The notes beneath the pieces are model-generated. The model was not told the DNA's origin. It worked only from the letters and a program-made list of their open reading frames with translations, and made no database searches. From assembly GCF_009914755.1 (NCBI RefSeq), contig NC_060946.1: a stretch of DNA of 64,000 nt; one strand, written 5' to 3'. The stretch is from the human T2T-CHM13v2.0 reference genome, Homo sapiens. The first letter of the stretch is position 1, and every line of letters starts with the position of its first letter. The translations under genes were made by a program, and so were the position numbers. This document shows, in pieces, positions 43,354-58,489 of the stretch.

Positions 43354-43959
43354 TACCTATTCCTCCTAGCACAATAAAACCAACCTTCTGTGCCCTGTTT
43401 GACTCTCTTAGATCAGCCTCTGCATTCCACTGTAACTTCAACCCCCTTTGAGGTTGTTATTTATTTCTTAGCAGGTGCTTTGATTCATTAGCGGTTTCCA
43501 TTAAAGCTATGGTTGAAAAGACACTTTCATTTGAAACCCTTGAGCATGGTGTTTTTGTTGGCTGGCTTTTCCTGCTCTGAAATAATTACTCTTTTTGAGG
43601 TGCTGAACTTTCTCTTGTGTGTCTCTTTCCTCTGACAGCCCTTTCTTTGATCCTTTCTGGAAAGACTTGTCCTGGTCCATTTAGTAATGCCAGAAGATCT
43701 TAAAGGAAAATAAATCATTGACTATTCACACTGAAAGACTCTAGGAGATGCTTTTGTCCAAACTCTTCATTTCCAGATGAGGTCACAGTTTTCAAAATAT
43801 GCCATGTGAATGATAGCACAGCAGTCATAAAATAATAATAAAAGCATTTGCCTTATATTTTACCATTGGCGAAGAATTTTCACTTACATGATTTTACTTC
43901 ATACTGCCTTAAGTAGCGTGAGATAACTTGGAGAATTAAAAAAAAGATTATTGGCTCTG

Positions 43960-44160
43960 ATGTCAGGATTAGAATTCTAATCAGTTAGAATTCTAGCATT
44001 GCTACTGCTGTTATGACTTTGGGCAAGTCATGTCACCTTTCTAAGCCTCTGTTTCTCCATCTATAAATGGTGAGGACCCAGGTTTCCCAATAAAGTTGCT
44101 GAAAGACAAAAAATATAAAAGATCTTTGGAAACCATAAAGTGTTACAGAAATATATAATA
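43960..44160 (+). mobile_element. MIR
   Basis: 'atgactttgggcaagtcatgtcacctttctaagcctctgtttctccatctataaatgg'. Confidence 0.8.
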
Positions 44161-44484
44161 TGGTAATTTTTATTTCAGCTTTTTCTTGATTTTTATTGTT
44201 ATCAGCAGAACAGGGACAGGGTTTTTAAAAAGAATTTTATTTTTAAGTGAGAAATGAGTAAATTGTGCCAACTATACAGGGTGCCAATTGAATTCACAGT
44301 GAGAAGCTTAATATATCAGAGATACCACTCACATCACGGCATTCATTAATGTGAACTTGAAATTTGAGATGCGTTTGTGTGTGAATATCTGTCTCCATCA
44401 CCACTAAGTTGCTTTTTAAAAGAAATGCATTCTTCTATCTCCTTTGTTTTTTGTATTCTTTCTGGTTATAAAAATTTCACTGTT

Positions 44485-45840
44485 TCATTCATTGAGCGAA
44501 TATTTATTGACCCATGTGCTAGATACAAGTCAAAACACTGGGTAATGTAGCTTTTAACAAAACAAGTTTTTGTCCTCATGACACTCACATTTTAGATGGA
44601 GGAAATAGATGGTAAATGTAAAGTAAATGTATAGTATGTCAGATGATAAGATAAATTATGGAGAAAAATTTAAAGTGGTAGTAGGAGAGGGAGTACTTGA
44701 AGGTAAAGGGTAAGACACAGAAACACAGCACAGACCAGAAGAAGGTGACAGAAAAGCCATGGATGTAGCTGAGGGAAAAGCAATTAGGCAAGGGAACAGA
44801 AAGTGCAAAAGTTTAGAGTATCATCACATGATCATACTTGGCATGCCTGGGGAACAGTGAGGAGGCTATTGTGACTAAAGTTCATTGGGTGTGAGGACAG
44901 GAGTGGGATATGAGATCTGAAAACTAGTGGTGCTGGGTATGAGAGTGGCAGCGTCATGTAGGGCCTTGTAAACAGTTGTATAAGGATGTTGTTCTTTACT
45001 CTGAATTAGAAGAGAACCCATTGGAAGATTTTGAGTAAAGAAGTGACATGATCCAATTCATGTTTTTGAAGGATCCCTTCAGCCATGGGGTTGAGAATAA
45101 ACTATAGCAGGAAGAAATAGAAATAGTATATGGCATTACTACCTGCAGAAGATGAGGGAGGCTTGTACTAGTGTGGTCACAGTAGAGGTGATGGGAAGTG
45201 GTTTGTATCAGTCAGTATAGGCTCTGCCATAGCCTACTAACAAAAGATCCCTGTTATCTCTGTGGCATAGAATAACAAATGTTTATTACTTGCTGAGGGA
45301 TATGTGCTTCATGGAATGTCTGTGGCTCTAATCCATATTATGCTTAATGCAAGACTCAGGCTGGCAAAGTAGCTTCTGTCTGGAACATTGCCAGCTGCAG
45401 AAGAGGCATTGGCCAAAACAAGGAACAGGACTGCTCCTGAGTGCAGCAGAGCAAGGATAAACAGTCTTCCAAGGGAGGAGCATCACAGAGACAGAAGTCA
45501 TGATAGAGAACAGTTACATCATCTCCCACATGGTCAAATTCAGGTTCTACTTTGAAGGTAGACACAATAGATTTGGTATGGGTTTGGACCTAGGCTGGTG
45601 ACAAAAAGAAATAAATGAAGAATGACCCCTAGGATTTGGCCTGACCAACTGTAAAGGCAGAGCTGTAATTTTCCAAGATGAAGATGATTATGGGAGGAGC
45701 AGGTGTGGACATGCCAAGCTTGAGCTGATCACCAGACATCCAAGTACAAATGGCAAGGACACAGTTGGATAGATGAGTCTGAAGTTCAAAGAAGAGGTTC
45801 AAGTTGGTGATACCAATTTGGGAGTCATGTTGAATGCAGA
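44485..45840 (-). mobile_element. L2a fragment, interrupted by an old MLT1-like LTR at about 45205-45440
   Basis: 'ttcattcattgagcgaatatttattga', 'ccattggaagattttgagtaaagaagtgacatgatc', 'gacatccaagt...cagttggatagatgagtctgaagttca'. Confidence 0.75.
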
Positions 45841-47344
45841 AAGAATCTAAAGTACAGAAAAGCATTCAAAAAAGGGAAACTATGTAAAACTAGATGTGAG
45901 CTTTAGAATCTACCTTTATGTTCACTAAGCCATAAAAGACAAGGTATCATTTGGGAATTTCCAAATTGTGACCATAGCTTTGTCTCATAGAGTTAATATA
46001 TAACAACATCTAAACAGTTGTTTCTGGCGCGAATATAACTCAGCCTAAGCCTCACCCTTAGTCTTCCACTTGGGATCTCTGCCAGTTTAAGATACCAACC
46101 TGTGCAGTTTTTCATGACAGTGTATCTCCTATTATTTCATGTAATTATTAACCACAATCTGAGCTCCCTGCCTCCCAAGTCCAAACTCTACCATTCCAAG
46201 AATCTCAATTTTTCCCATCACCAAAAGCTACGTCTATGTCCTTAGAAGATTAGTTTTATGGTTTAACCATTAGAATTGTTTGCAATATGCCCGACCCACT
46301 CTGAAATAAGCCCCAAACTTCAAGTCATGGACTTTTAGATATGGATGATTTAGAGGCTGTATAGTGTAATGATCAATTTCATGCAAGAAGCTCCTCTGGA
46401 GTCTTCTGAACAGTCTTCTGCCTTCTGAGTTCCTTTGTGGTGATGTGCTCAGCCCAAAATCAACAGTTTTCCAACACTTACTCTGCCACCAGTTCTGTGC
46501 TAGGCATCCTGGAGGATATAGACATAATAAATAATTTGTCCCTGCTGTAAGAGAAGTTGTGCTATAATAGGCAGCCTGCTATATTTTGGAGCAGCTCTGT
46601 TAGAAATCGTTTCTGATGTTGATCCAAAAATTCAGCTCACCGTGGTTTCTGCTCATTGGCCTCTCCATAGTCTAATACCTTAGTAAGTACCAGAGGGAGA
46701 AGATGCAAGTGGGAAGGGGAGTTTCCTCTCCTCTGCCCCTGCTAGTTTCTCTACAAGGCAAGGGAGATACCAGTAAAATGGTAGCCAGTGACAGTCAAGA
46801 TCATAAATCCTACCACATATGACAGTGCACAGTCACCATGCATTGAAACATTGCATAAATGCACCTGGGCCTTCCTTCCATATTTCCTCCGTGCATCTGG
46901 AGCCCACTCAGTATTCAGCTATTGTGATTTTCTCTCCTTTTTTTCTCGTATCCATATCTGACAAGCATGTCATTTTGTTATCATGATCATTGTAACAGGC
47001 CAAGGAGCTTGCGATCTTAGAATCCAGTGAGACTTGAGGGAAGATAGAAACCTTAATGGATGTATAGGTGAGATTTTGCTGCAACCCCTCTATATATTTT
47101 CCTTTGGGGTAAAACACACTGGCCCAATGAATAATAAAATCTTGGTTTGTTTCTTATTTTCATTGATCTTTGTAGGTATAATTTTCTCAAGGATTTCACA
47201 GAGAAGGGGTCACTGGGATGAGGCAAGGTTTGGGTATTTTTGGCTTTGTTGGCTATAATGCCAGCAGAACTTTGTCCTACTATTTAAGAGAAGATATTTC
47301 TTATCTTACTTGACACAGTCAGTCATCTGTTGCTTGAATGTCAT

Positions 47345-47620
47345 CTTCGGCATCCCCTAAAGACATTCATGCAGCCTGTATTTATACACTTTCAGTGAAA
47401 GAGATCACAATACCTTCCAAAGCTGCCCTTTCCATCTTGGGCACACTCCTGATGAGGAAAAATTTCTTTGTATGTCAAGGCAAATCTGATCCCCCTGTCT
47501 TCCATCTCACGGCCCCATTTCTATCCCCCGGGATGAAAAGGGAATAGATTTAACAAGCTGATTCCTTTTTTATGTAAAAGCTCTTCAACTTGACTACAGT
47601 CCCCTCTAGTTATGTCAAGG
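47345..47620 (-). mobile_element. CR1/L3 relic
   Basis: 'cagcctgtatttatacactttcagtga...atcacaataccttccaaagctgccctttccatcttgggcacactcctgatgaggaaaaatttcttt'. Confidence 0.55.
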
Positions 47621-48029
47621 TCTACTAACCCGCAGAAAGAGATATTCCCAAGTGTTGGTTATTTCTCTGTAATTGACTTTTCTGCTCAGTGTTCAGGTCA
47701 GACGAGCCTATGTTGATCTATGGATCTGAAATCCCCTCTATGTACACAGTGAAATGGAGTACAACAGCTTGGGTATGGGTATTGGCTATGAATAAAAGTC
47801 AGGGCTCCTGGTACATGCCCATTTCATTTGAAATAACTTAGGGCTCTAAAGAAGACCTCACTTTGACACCTAACGATCTTAACGTTCACTAAATGTACAT
47901 GCAAATGACAACTTTGGTTAGGAGCCAGATAGACAAGTGGTCACTGGTATATGTGATCATCAATGTGTACACACAACGTTTGTACATAACAAGTAAGAAG
48001 TCTTTATACTTGCATAAGAGTAAGAGGTA

Positions 48030-48270
48030 GAGTGGTAAATACACAAGAGCAAGACAGACCCAGTTCCAATCCTGCCTCTATCATTTTCTATATTTTGTGC
48101 CCTTAGGCCAGCTACTCTCTCTCTCTCTCTGGACCTAATTTTTCTCCCATATTTGCAAACCAGAGAAATAATATTCTCCTTACAAGGATGTTGTTAGGAT
48201 AAAACAAGTGAAGGCTATATAGTACCTGATACATAAAAGATGCTCCAAAAAGTAAGTTACATTCTTCAAT
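48030..48270 (+). mobile_element. MIR
   Basis: 'agacagacccagttccaatcctgcctcta...caaggatgttgttaggataaaa'. Confidence 0.65.
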
Positions 48271-48594
48271 TTTTTAGTTTACAAGGTGTTTTTAAATATA
48301 TTATTCAATGACATCTAGAATTCATTTGATCTGATTTCAGCTTTCAGGCAGGGTCATTGCATGTATAAATACATTATATTCCAGGAAGAAAGAAAAAGAA
48401 AAACATAGAGGAGTTTGTGCATCTGCCTACTTGAGAAGTTTTTCATTATACATACTTCTGTCTCTCCATCTGTAAAATGCTTAGGTTGAACTAGGTGATC
48501 TCTAAGGTCTTACACTATTTTTATTCTCATCTATTATTCCTGTAACAGTCTAAAACTATTTTTATTCTGTTCTTGAAGGAGAAGTGAGGAGAGA

Positions 48595-48800
48595 ACTAAC
48601 ATTCTTTGAGTACCTCCTCTATTCTAGGGCTTCTGTTAAATATTCTGTCTAGTATCATTTTATGCTCACTACCACTTTATCAGGCAGGCGTTACTATTCC
48701 TTTTTCACACATAGATGGAGAAGGTTATAGAGATTAATAGATTGGCCAAACCATTTAGTAAGTAGCAGAGCTTCCTAAGCTCTGTTTGCCTCCAAAGCCC
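48595..48800 (-). mobile_element. MIR
   Basis: 'aacattctttgagtacctcct...tagtaagtagcagagc...tctgtttgcctccaaagccc'. Confidence 0.65.
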
Positions 48801-49334
48801 TTATTCAATCCAGGGTACTACTCTGAGAGTTGCCAAATACCACTCTAGGTACCCAAACGTTTCATTACTATTAATCCATATGTTGGTTCCACTTTCTGCA
48901 AGCATCTTGTGTTTGCTTCCAAATGAACCATTCCATACTTTGAATTGACCCATCAGTGTTTCAGTAACTATAATTGCTAAGTCTGTCACATTTGAGGTAA
49001 TACCAGAGTATATGCAGACCCTGGTGAGGATACCCTCTGGATTGAGGGGTGACTCTGAGGTCAAATCTACCTGGGCACCCTAAATAGAAGATCCAAGATG
49101 AACTAGCATTTGCACAGGTAACCTCTTGCCACCACTCAGGGACAATGGGCAGTTGTAAACAAATTCCCTGTCATGAAAGATGTTCCAACCAAAGCTGTGA
49201 ATGTTGCAAACAGGATTCAGAGGTCCAGTGAGTGATTATACTAGATGGCATTTGAAGAGTCTTTGGAACTTCTAATGATGCTGATGTTGAAAATCTTTGT
49301 TTCTTGACTCCAAGATTGGCTACATATCAGGTTA

Positions 49335-49875
49335 CAGGGCAAAATAAATGTAGGGTCCCATGTTTCAAAATTATTAATTAAGATGCTAATGGTAGAGCAT
49401 TAAACCAAGTATAGGGATCTTCTGAGCATAGGGCTCTGTGCAACTGCATAGGTCACATACTGTTATGAACTGAACATTTGTGTTCCCCCGAGATTCATAT
49501 GTTGAAGGATTAACCTCCAAATGTGATGGCATTTGGAGATAGGGCCTTTGGGAGGTAATGAGGATTAGATGAAGTCACAAAGATGGGGCCCTCATGATGA
49601 GATTAGTGGTCTTATAAGAAGAGGAAGAGATCAGTTCATGCGTGCACTCTCTTTCTCTGTCTTTTTCTCTCTCTGCCATGTGAGGACACAATGAGGAAGA
49701 GCTACTTGAAAACCAGGAAGAGGGCCCTCACTAGGAACCAATTTTGTATGCACCTTGATCTTGGACATCCAGCCTCTAGAATTGTGAGAAATAAATGCCT
49801 GCTCTTTAAGCCACTCAGTCTGTGGAATTTTGTTATAGTAGCTTGAACACAATAAAACACATGCCTATGAATTCA
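49335..49875. mobile_element. MER91A-like hAT relic split by MLT1A0
   Basis: 'agagcattaaaccaagtatagggatcttctgagcatagggctctgtgcaactgcataggtcac'. Confidence 0.6.
49461..49859 (+). mobile_element. MLT1A0-like LTR
   Basis: tgttatgaactgaacatttgtgttccccc...caccttgatcttggacatccagcctctagaattgtgagaaataaatg...aca. Confidence 0.88.
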
Positions 49876-50066
49876 TACCTACTTTACTCCATAGTATATT
49901 GCCTTGTTATCTATTTTATACTCAGAATACCTGACTTAGATATGTGTTCAATAAATATCAAATAAGCAAAGAAGTGAAACAATACAAATGGGTGTGGTTT
50001 GAATCTGAGCTTCCAAACCTACCACCCAGATAACCTTGAGTGTGGTATCCAGTCCCTCAGAGGGAC

Positions 50067-53095
<3,029 letters not shown>

Positions 53096-53494
53096 TTAAA
53101 AATAAATAAATTTGAAACCAGGAAAAAGGGGTATCTTAAAAACAATGGGTTTGTATTTCTACATGGCAGAAATTTCATGGAGGTATGTAGCTACTGCCCT
53201 CCTTAGACTGGATATCCATTCTCTAATCCAAATTACATTGTCTGGCTCCTGCAGGTATTTCAGTCTACAATGCTGTCTAAAATGTCATTCAAAACATATT
53301 TATTTAAGAATTCAGTAGTTAAATTCTACCTATGTAGGAATCCATCTATACCCCAAAATCAAAATCAGAACCATTGTTATTGGGAGAAGCATGCATTGCT
53401 TAGTGTGCTGAGGTTCATTAGCTTTCTTTTCTCATAAAGTGTTGTCTAGACAACCTAAGTGACAGCCGCGCTATGCTACCATGGTCAGAGGCAG

Positions 53495-53710
53495 AGCAGG
53501 TAAGGGCCTGACTGCCTGGGTTTGTATTCTGGCCTTTACCACTTACTAGCTGTGTATATCCTTGCACAACTTATTTAGCCTTTGTGCCTTGGTTTTCACA
53601 TCCATAAAATGAGCTTAAAGTAACTTCATAGATTGTTCTCAGCATAGAGTCCTCAGACAAGACTTGGGCAAGTAAGCACTCCATAAATGCTAGCTGTTGT
53701 CATTGGCATC
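53495..53710 (+). mobile_element. MIR
   Basis: 'gactgcctgggtttgtattctggcctttaccacttactagctgtgt...gtaagcactccataaatgctagct'. Confidence 0.8.
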
Positions 53711-54424
53711 ATAACCATCACACTCATCTGGGGATGGCATAAGAACAGGTGCCTCCTGCCATGGGAATGGACCACCCTCTGGAGGACCATCCTGATTCTA
53801 GGACTCTGTGATCATATGGAAGTTCAGAGTAACAACTCAGGAGCATTTTCTAAAAGTGCTGCTAAGTGAGTTAAAATTTAAGTCATCACACAGCTTTTCC
53901 CTGGGAAAAGCTCCAATTTCATTTTTGGTCTCAGATGTCAGAAGCGCAATTGCTGCTGTATAGCCAAGTAGAAAAGGGTTTGAGCATAAGCATAAGAGTG
54001 GTATTTCTCAAGCTCCATCCCTTCATTCCCTGAGTCAGAATTTCCAAGAGATGAAATGGTGTATTTTTTTTTTAATAGGAAGGGCCTCACTTTTTACAGA
54101 AGGGCTCTAGGTAATGAATAACTTTTTAAAAAAATTTTGTTCTAGGGTCAGTGAAAGTACCAAGACATATCAGACATTCCCCATTGCTTTAGCATTCTGA
54201 ATCATTCTTTCCTAGAGGAATTGAAAAATTGCCTGCCAGGCCTATGCTTACCTTCAGGATCACCCTGAAAGCACATAAGCAGGACAGAGTGGAGTTAAAG
54301 ACAGAGTGCCAGGGCCTGCAGGTCTGGGCTTTAAGGTTTCTTTCCTCACTGTGTGGCTTTGGCAAGTTCACTTGGACCTGCTGAACCTCAGTGTCTTATT
54401 CTGTCAAGTGAAGGAAGGCATTAG

Positions 54425-54610
54425 CCCACATTCTTAAAGTGTGATCCCAGAACATCAGCATCAGCATCACCCGGGAGCTTGGGAGAAATGCAATCCTCTA
54501 TATCCACCCCAGACCTTCTGCATTAGACACTTCGGTAGTGGAGCCAACAGTTTGTGTTTGAGTAAGTCCTCCAGGTGGCTCTCACCACGCTAAAGCTGAA
54601 GAACCCCTGG
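54425..54610. mobile_element. MER5A
   Basis: 'aaagtgtgatcccagaacatcagcatcagcatcacccgggagcttgggagaaatgcaa...ctccaggtggctct...gaagaacccctg'. Confidence 0.8.
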
Positions 54611-56354
54611 TATGCTATGGACTCCACCAGGCAGGGATTCTGGCAGGTGTGGACATCAGGGTGGTACCAGCTCTAAAGACCTGGTTGGGGCTGAAAACTG
54701 AGAAAATAATCAAATCAGTTCCTTAAGGCAGGAGGCCTGTCAACGAGTCAAAGACTGTGCGTAAAATGTCCTGCCTCCGAGTTTAGCCTCTACCACTTAT
54801 TTGGTGTTTTAACTTCATATTTCTTGACCTCTTCTGACCTCATTTTCACATCTGCAAAAGGCAGGATAGGTAAATAAGTTAACCTGCTGAGTTTTCTGGG
54901 AATGGAATAATAAAAATTGTGGGAAGTGGCTGACACATAGTAGGTCCTTGATAAATGGCAGTGGTTTATTTCATTTATTTGCCATTTAACCTCTCTGGTC
55001 TCTATTGTGATGATAAAATATATATGTGTATGTGTGTATAGTTTTTTGTTAAAGTAAACTCTCCCTCTGTCTGGGTGACATGGTGTTTTTTTTGAGCCAC
55101 CTCATGCAGGTCAGACATAAACCATGCTCATCAGGGTGTCATGACCCACCAGGACAGATTGTGAATCTGCTTTCAGCTTTGAATTTCTGAATTGTCTCTT
55201 AAAACCTTCTCTCTTCAGAGTTGACTGGAAACTCCTCAGGGTGTGAGACTGATAAGGGCATTTAAAAAAGTAACAGGAACCGACGTATGCTTTAAGCAAA
55301 ATGAAAGTAGAAACAGGATATGGATTATAATCCCAGGGCAGGAAGGTGGACAAGTCCATGCAGGAACTGTTGCTAACAGAACAAATTACTGCTCTTCGTG
55401 GTCACATTGCTTCATTCTTCAGCCCACAGCATGGAGAGTAGCCAACCATGGCTCCAGCATTGTTTGGCCACGTGGTTTTGCATCCTCAGCCTCTTTCTTT
55501 GCCTTTACCTTCAACAGTTTCCCAGTCCTACGTCTAAATTCCTGGGAAAGGGACTCTAATTGGCTAACTTAAGTCAGGTGCCTCCCATCCCCAGCAAATC
55601 TCCTGTGGCCAGAGACCCAGGATCACCTGACAAATGAGAGGGTGAGAAGGGGCATTGAAGAAGGCTCACCAGCATTTGGGCAGACCATCATGACGTTCAT
55701 TTTGACAGGAATGAATGAGAAAACTCTTGAATCCTCCTCAAGAACCACGGCTGCTCCTTACAAGCAGGTGCAGGGTATGAGCAGGATCCTCCTGCTTTGT
55801 CTCCCTATCAAATGGTTAGTGTTTGTAATGCTAGATGCCCTTTTAAGCTTCACAGACAAGAAAGGCTGGCTGAACAGACGTAGAATATGAAAAATGAATT
55901 TTCTATTCTATAAACATACCAAACTCCAGTGCAAACAAGAAAATATGGCACAACATAAATTACTATTATCTTCAGTGCATGTTATGCTTAATAGCAGCTT
56001 ATTGAATCTCTTGGTTATGTAAGGCAGTTCTGTGATGATGAATTTTTTTTTTTTTTTTTTTTTTTTTTAGTTTTCTGGAGGTAATTGAATACAGAAAAGC
56101 TATTACTTTTACTTAAGGCAAAAAATAGCGTGATGTGGAAAATACTCTGGGATAAAAGTCTTTTCTTATTTAGCCACAAGTTAGCAGTGATACAGGGTTC
56201 TTCCATCTGGGGACTTGTTCCCTCAAATACAAAATGAGGAGGTTACACCTAGGGATGCATGTCTGAGGTCCTGTTCACTGCTGATATGATCTAGGTTTTT
56301 TTGTGATATCCTGTGGATAGAAATATTGTGACTATGTATGTATCCTAGGGATGT

Positions 56355-56650
56355 GGGATTAGTCATGGTCCTAGCTGGAAATAAGTGGCATACTCAAAGG
56401 ACTTTTTGTGAAAGTTTAACACAAGGATTGGTTATGGAGGTTTGGGTGGAGTTGAGAGGACCCATAAGGGGTGGTGAAGCATCCAGAGATGAGCAGTAAT
56501 GGGAAGCTATCATCCTAGGCTGGATGTGCTGTCACCTTAGGGTGATGAGCCACCCGAGGCTGGTAGAGAGGGAGCAGGGGAAAAAATATCTGTGTCTCTC
56601 CCATTTCTGCCCTCTGACTCCAGCTGGTGCCTCCCATAGGTTGAACCCTA
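56355..56650 (-). mobile_element. LTR33/LTR41-like ERVL LTR relic
   Basis: 'gtggcatactcaaagg...ggggtggtgaagcatccaga...ggtgcctcccataggttgaaccc'. Confidence 0.5.
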
Positions 56651-56654
56651 ATTC

Positions 56655-57817
56655 TGAAGGGGGTCTTGCCAATTCTCCAGCACAGCATTCTACCTCAAGG
56701 TCATCAAACATCCCTTCCCTTAACCCGTCTAGCCTTAGCCTATATCCCCTGCTGCCTGAGGAGGTAAGTCCAACCAGCACCACCGGGAGTGGAGGCTCAT
56801 ATCAGTCCCGAAAATTGCACCTTTGTCCATTGTGGCAAGTAGCTGATGGAGGGAGAAGGCAATCAGAGTACATGTGCCTTTTTCTATTTAGGATTTGGTT
56901 TTATGCAAGAAGAAATGTGGCCAGTTTTTGGAGGATCTAGCAAAGTTTATAGGGGAGTTTATTAAGTTGACTATGTCCTTTGATTTAACTTGGCATGACT
57001 TCCAAATATTATTGTCCACCTGCTGTACCATAGAGGAAAAACAAAGGATTCTGGGTGCTGCCCATGAATATGCAGATAAAGTGACTGCTTGTAACCAAGG
57101 CTGCATTGGTGAAGTGAAGTTCCAGATCAAGACCCTAAATGGGATTACCAGAGGGATTCCCAAGATCTTGAATGCAGAAACCAAATGGTAACTTGTGTAA
57201 TAGAAGGTATGAAAAAGTGTGGTTAAGCCAGTTAATTATGACAACGGTAGAGAAATAACTCGGGGAAAGGATGAAAAGCCCACTTTTTCAGGGCTATTTG
57301 GTTGAAGTACTCAGGAAATATATTAATGCAGACCCAGACTCCCCAGAAGGATGAGCTTTTGTGGATATCCATTTTATTACTTAATCTGCCCCTGACATTA
57401 GGAGGAAGCTATAAAAGGCAGAAACCCCCATGAACCAACTGTTAAACATGGCCTTTGGAGTTTATAACAATAGGGACAAGGCAGAGGAGACAGATAAAGC
57501 AAAAAGAAAAAGCCCAAAAATACAATTGTTAGAAGCTACCTTAAGCCCCCTGCTACCTCAGGGTTACCCATCCTGGGGAAGTGTCACCAGAATGGTGTCT
57601 AAGATGCCCAGGTTCTTACCTGCACAAGATACTTGCACATGCATGTTTATAGCAGCACAATTCACAATTGCAACAATTGCTCCCACCTCAACAGCCCCTG
57701 GGGCAGAACCAGTGTGCCTTCTGTAAGCAAGAGGGCTGTTGGAAAAGGGACTGCTTCAAACTCCAAAGAGAGTCTTGGTCACCCACATCCGTAATGGCTG
57801 AGAGAACAAAGGACTGA
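56655..57817 (+). pseudogene. gag: ERV gag remnant (capsid plus NC zinc knuckle)
   Basis: KKKCGQFLEDLAKFIGEFIKLTMSFDLTWHDFQILLSTCCTIEEKQRIL; ETPMNQLLNMAFGVYNNRD; knuckle NQCAFCKQEGCWKRDC at 57707-57754 (H replaced by C); several stops and frameshifts. Confidence 0.88.
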
Positions 57818-57894
57818 TGGGGACTGAGGGTCCTCCACGGCTCCCACTGGACACCTTACCATCTCCATAGAGGAGCCCTGAGTAACCCCTGACA

Positions 57895-58410
57895 GATTAA
57901 CCCAGAGGAAAAGAAGTCATTATTCAAAAAGATACTTGAACACACATGTTTATAGCAGCACAATTCTCAATTGCAAAATTGTGGAACCAACCCAAATGTC
58001 CATCAATCAACAAGTAGATAAAGAAACTGTGGTATATACATACAGTGGAATACTACTCAACCATAAAAAGGAATGAATTAACAGCATTTGCAATGAGCTG
58101 GGTGAGATTGGAGACTATTATTCTAAGTGAAGTAACTCAGAAATGGAAAACCAAGTATCGTATGTTCTCACTGATATGTGGGAGCTAAGCTATGAGGATG
58201 CAAAGGCATAAAATTGATACAATGGACTTTGGGGACATGGGGGGAAGAGTGGGAGGGGAGTGAGGCATAAAATACAACAAATATGGTGCGTTGTATATTG
58301 CTCAGGTGATGGGTGCACCAGATTCTCACAAATCACCATTAAAGAACTTACTTATGTAACCAAATACCACCTGTACCTCAATAACTTATGAAAAAATAAG
58401 ATTAAAAAAA
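57895..58410 (+). mobile_element. L1PB1-like 3' end inserted in the ERV
   Basis: 'cccagaggaaaagaagtcattattc...gtgggagctaagctatgaggatgcaaaggcataa...aaagaacttacttatgtaaccaaataccacctgtacc' plus A-rich tail. Confidence 0.92.
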
Positions 58411-58489
58411 ATTTTTTTTTAATTATTTTGGAGAAGAAGAAATACAAACGTTAAAAAAAAATAGACCTCCCTTCCATTGCGCATTACTT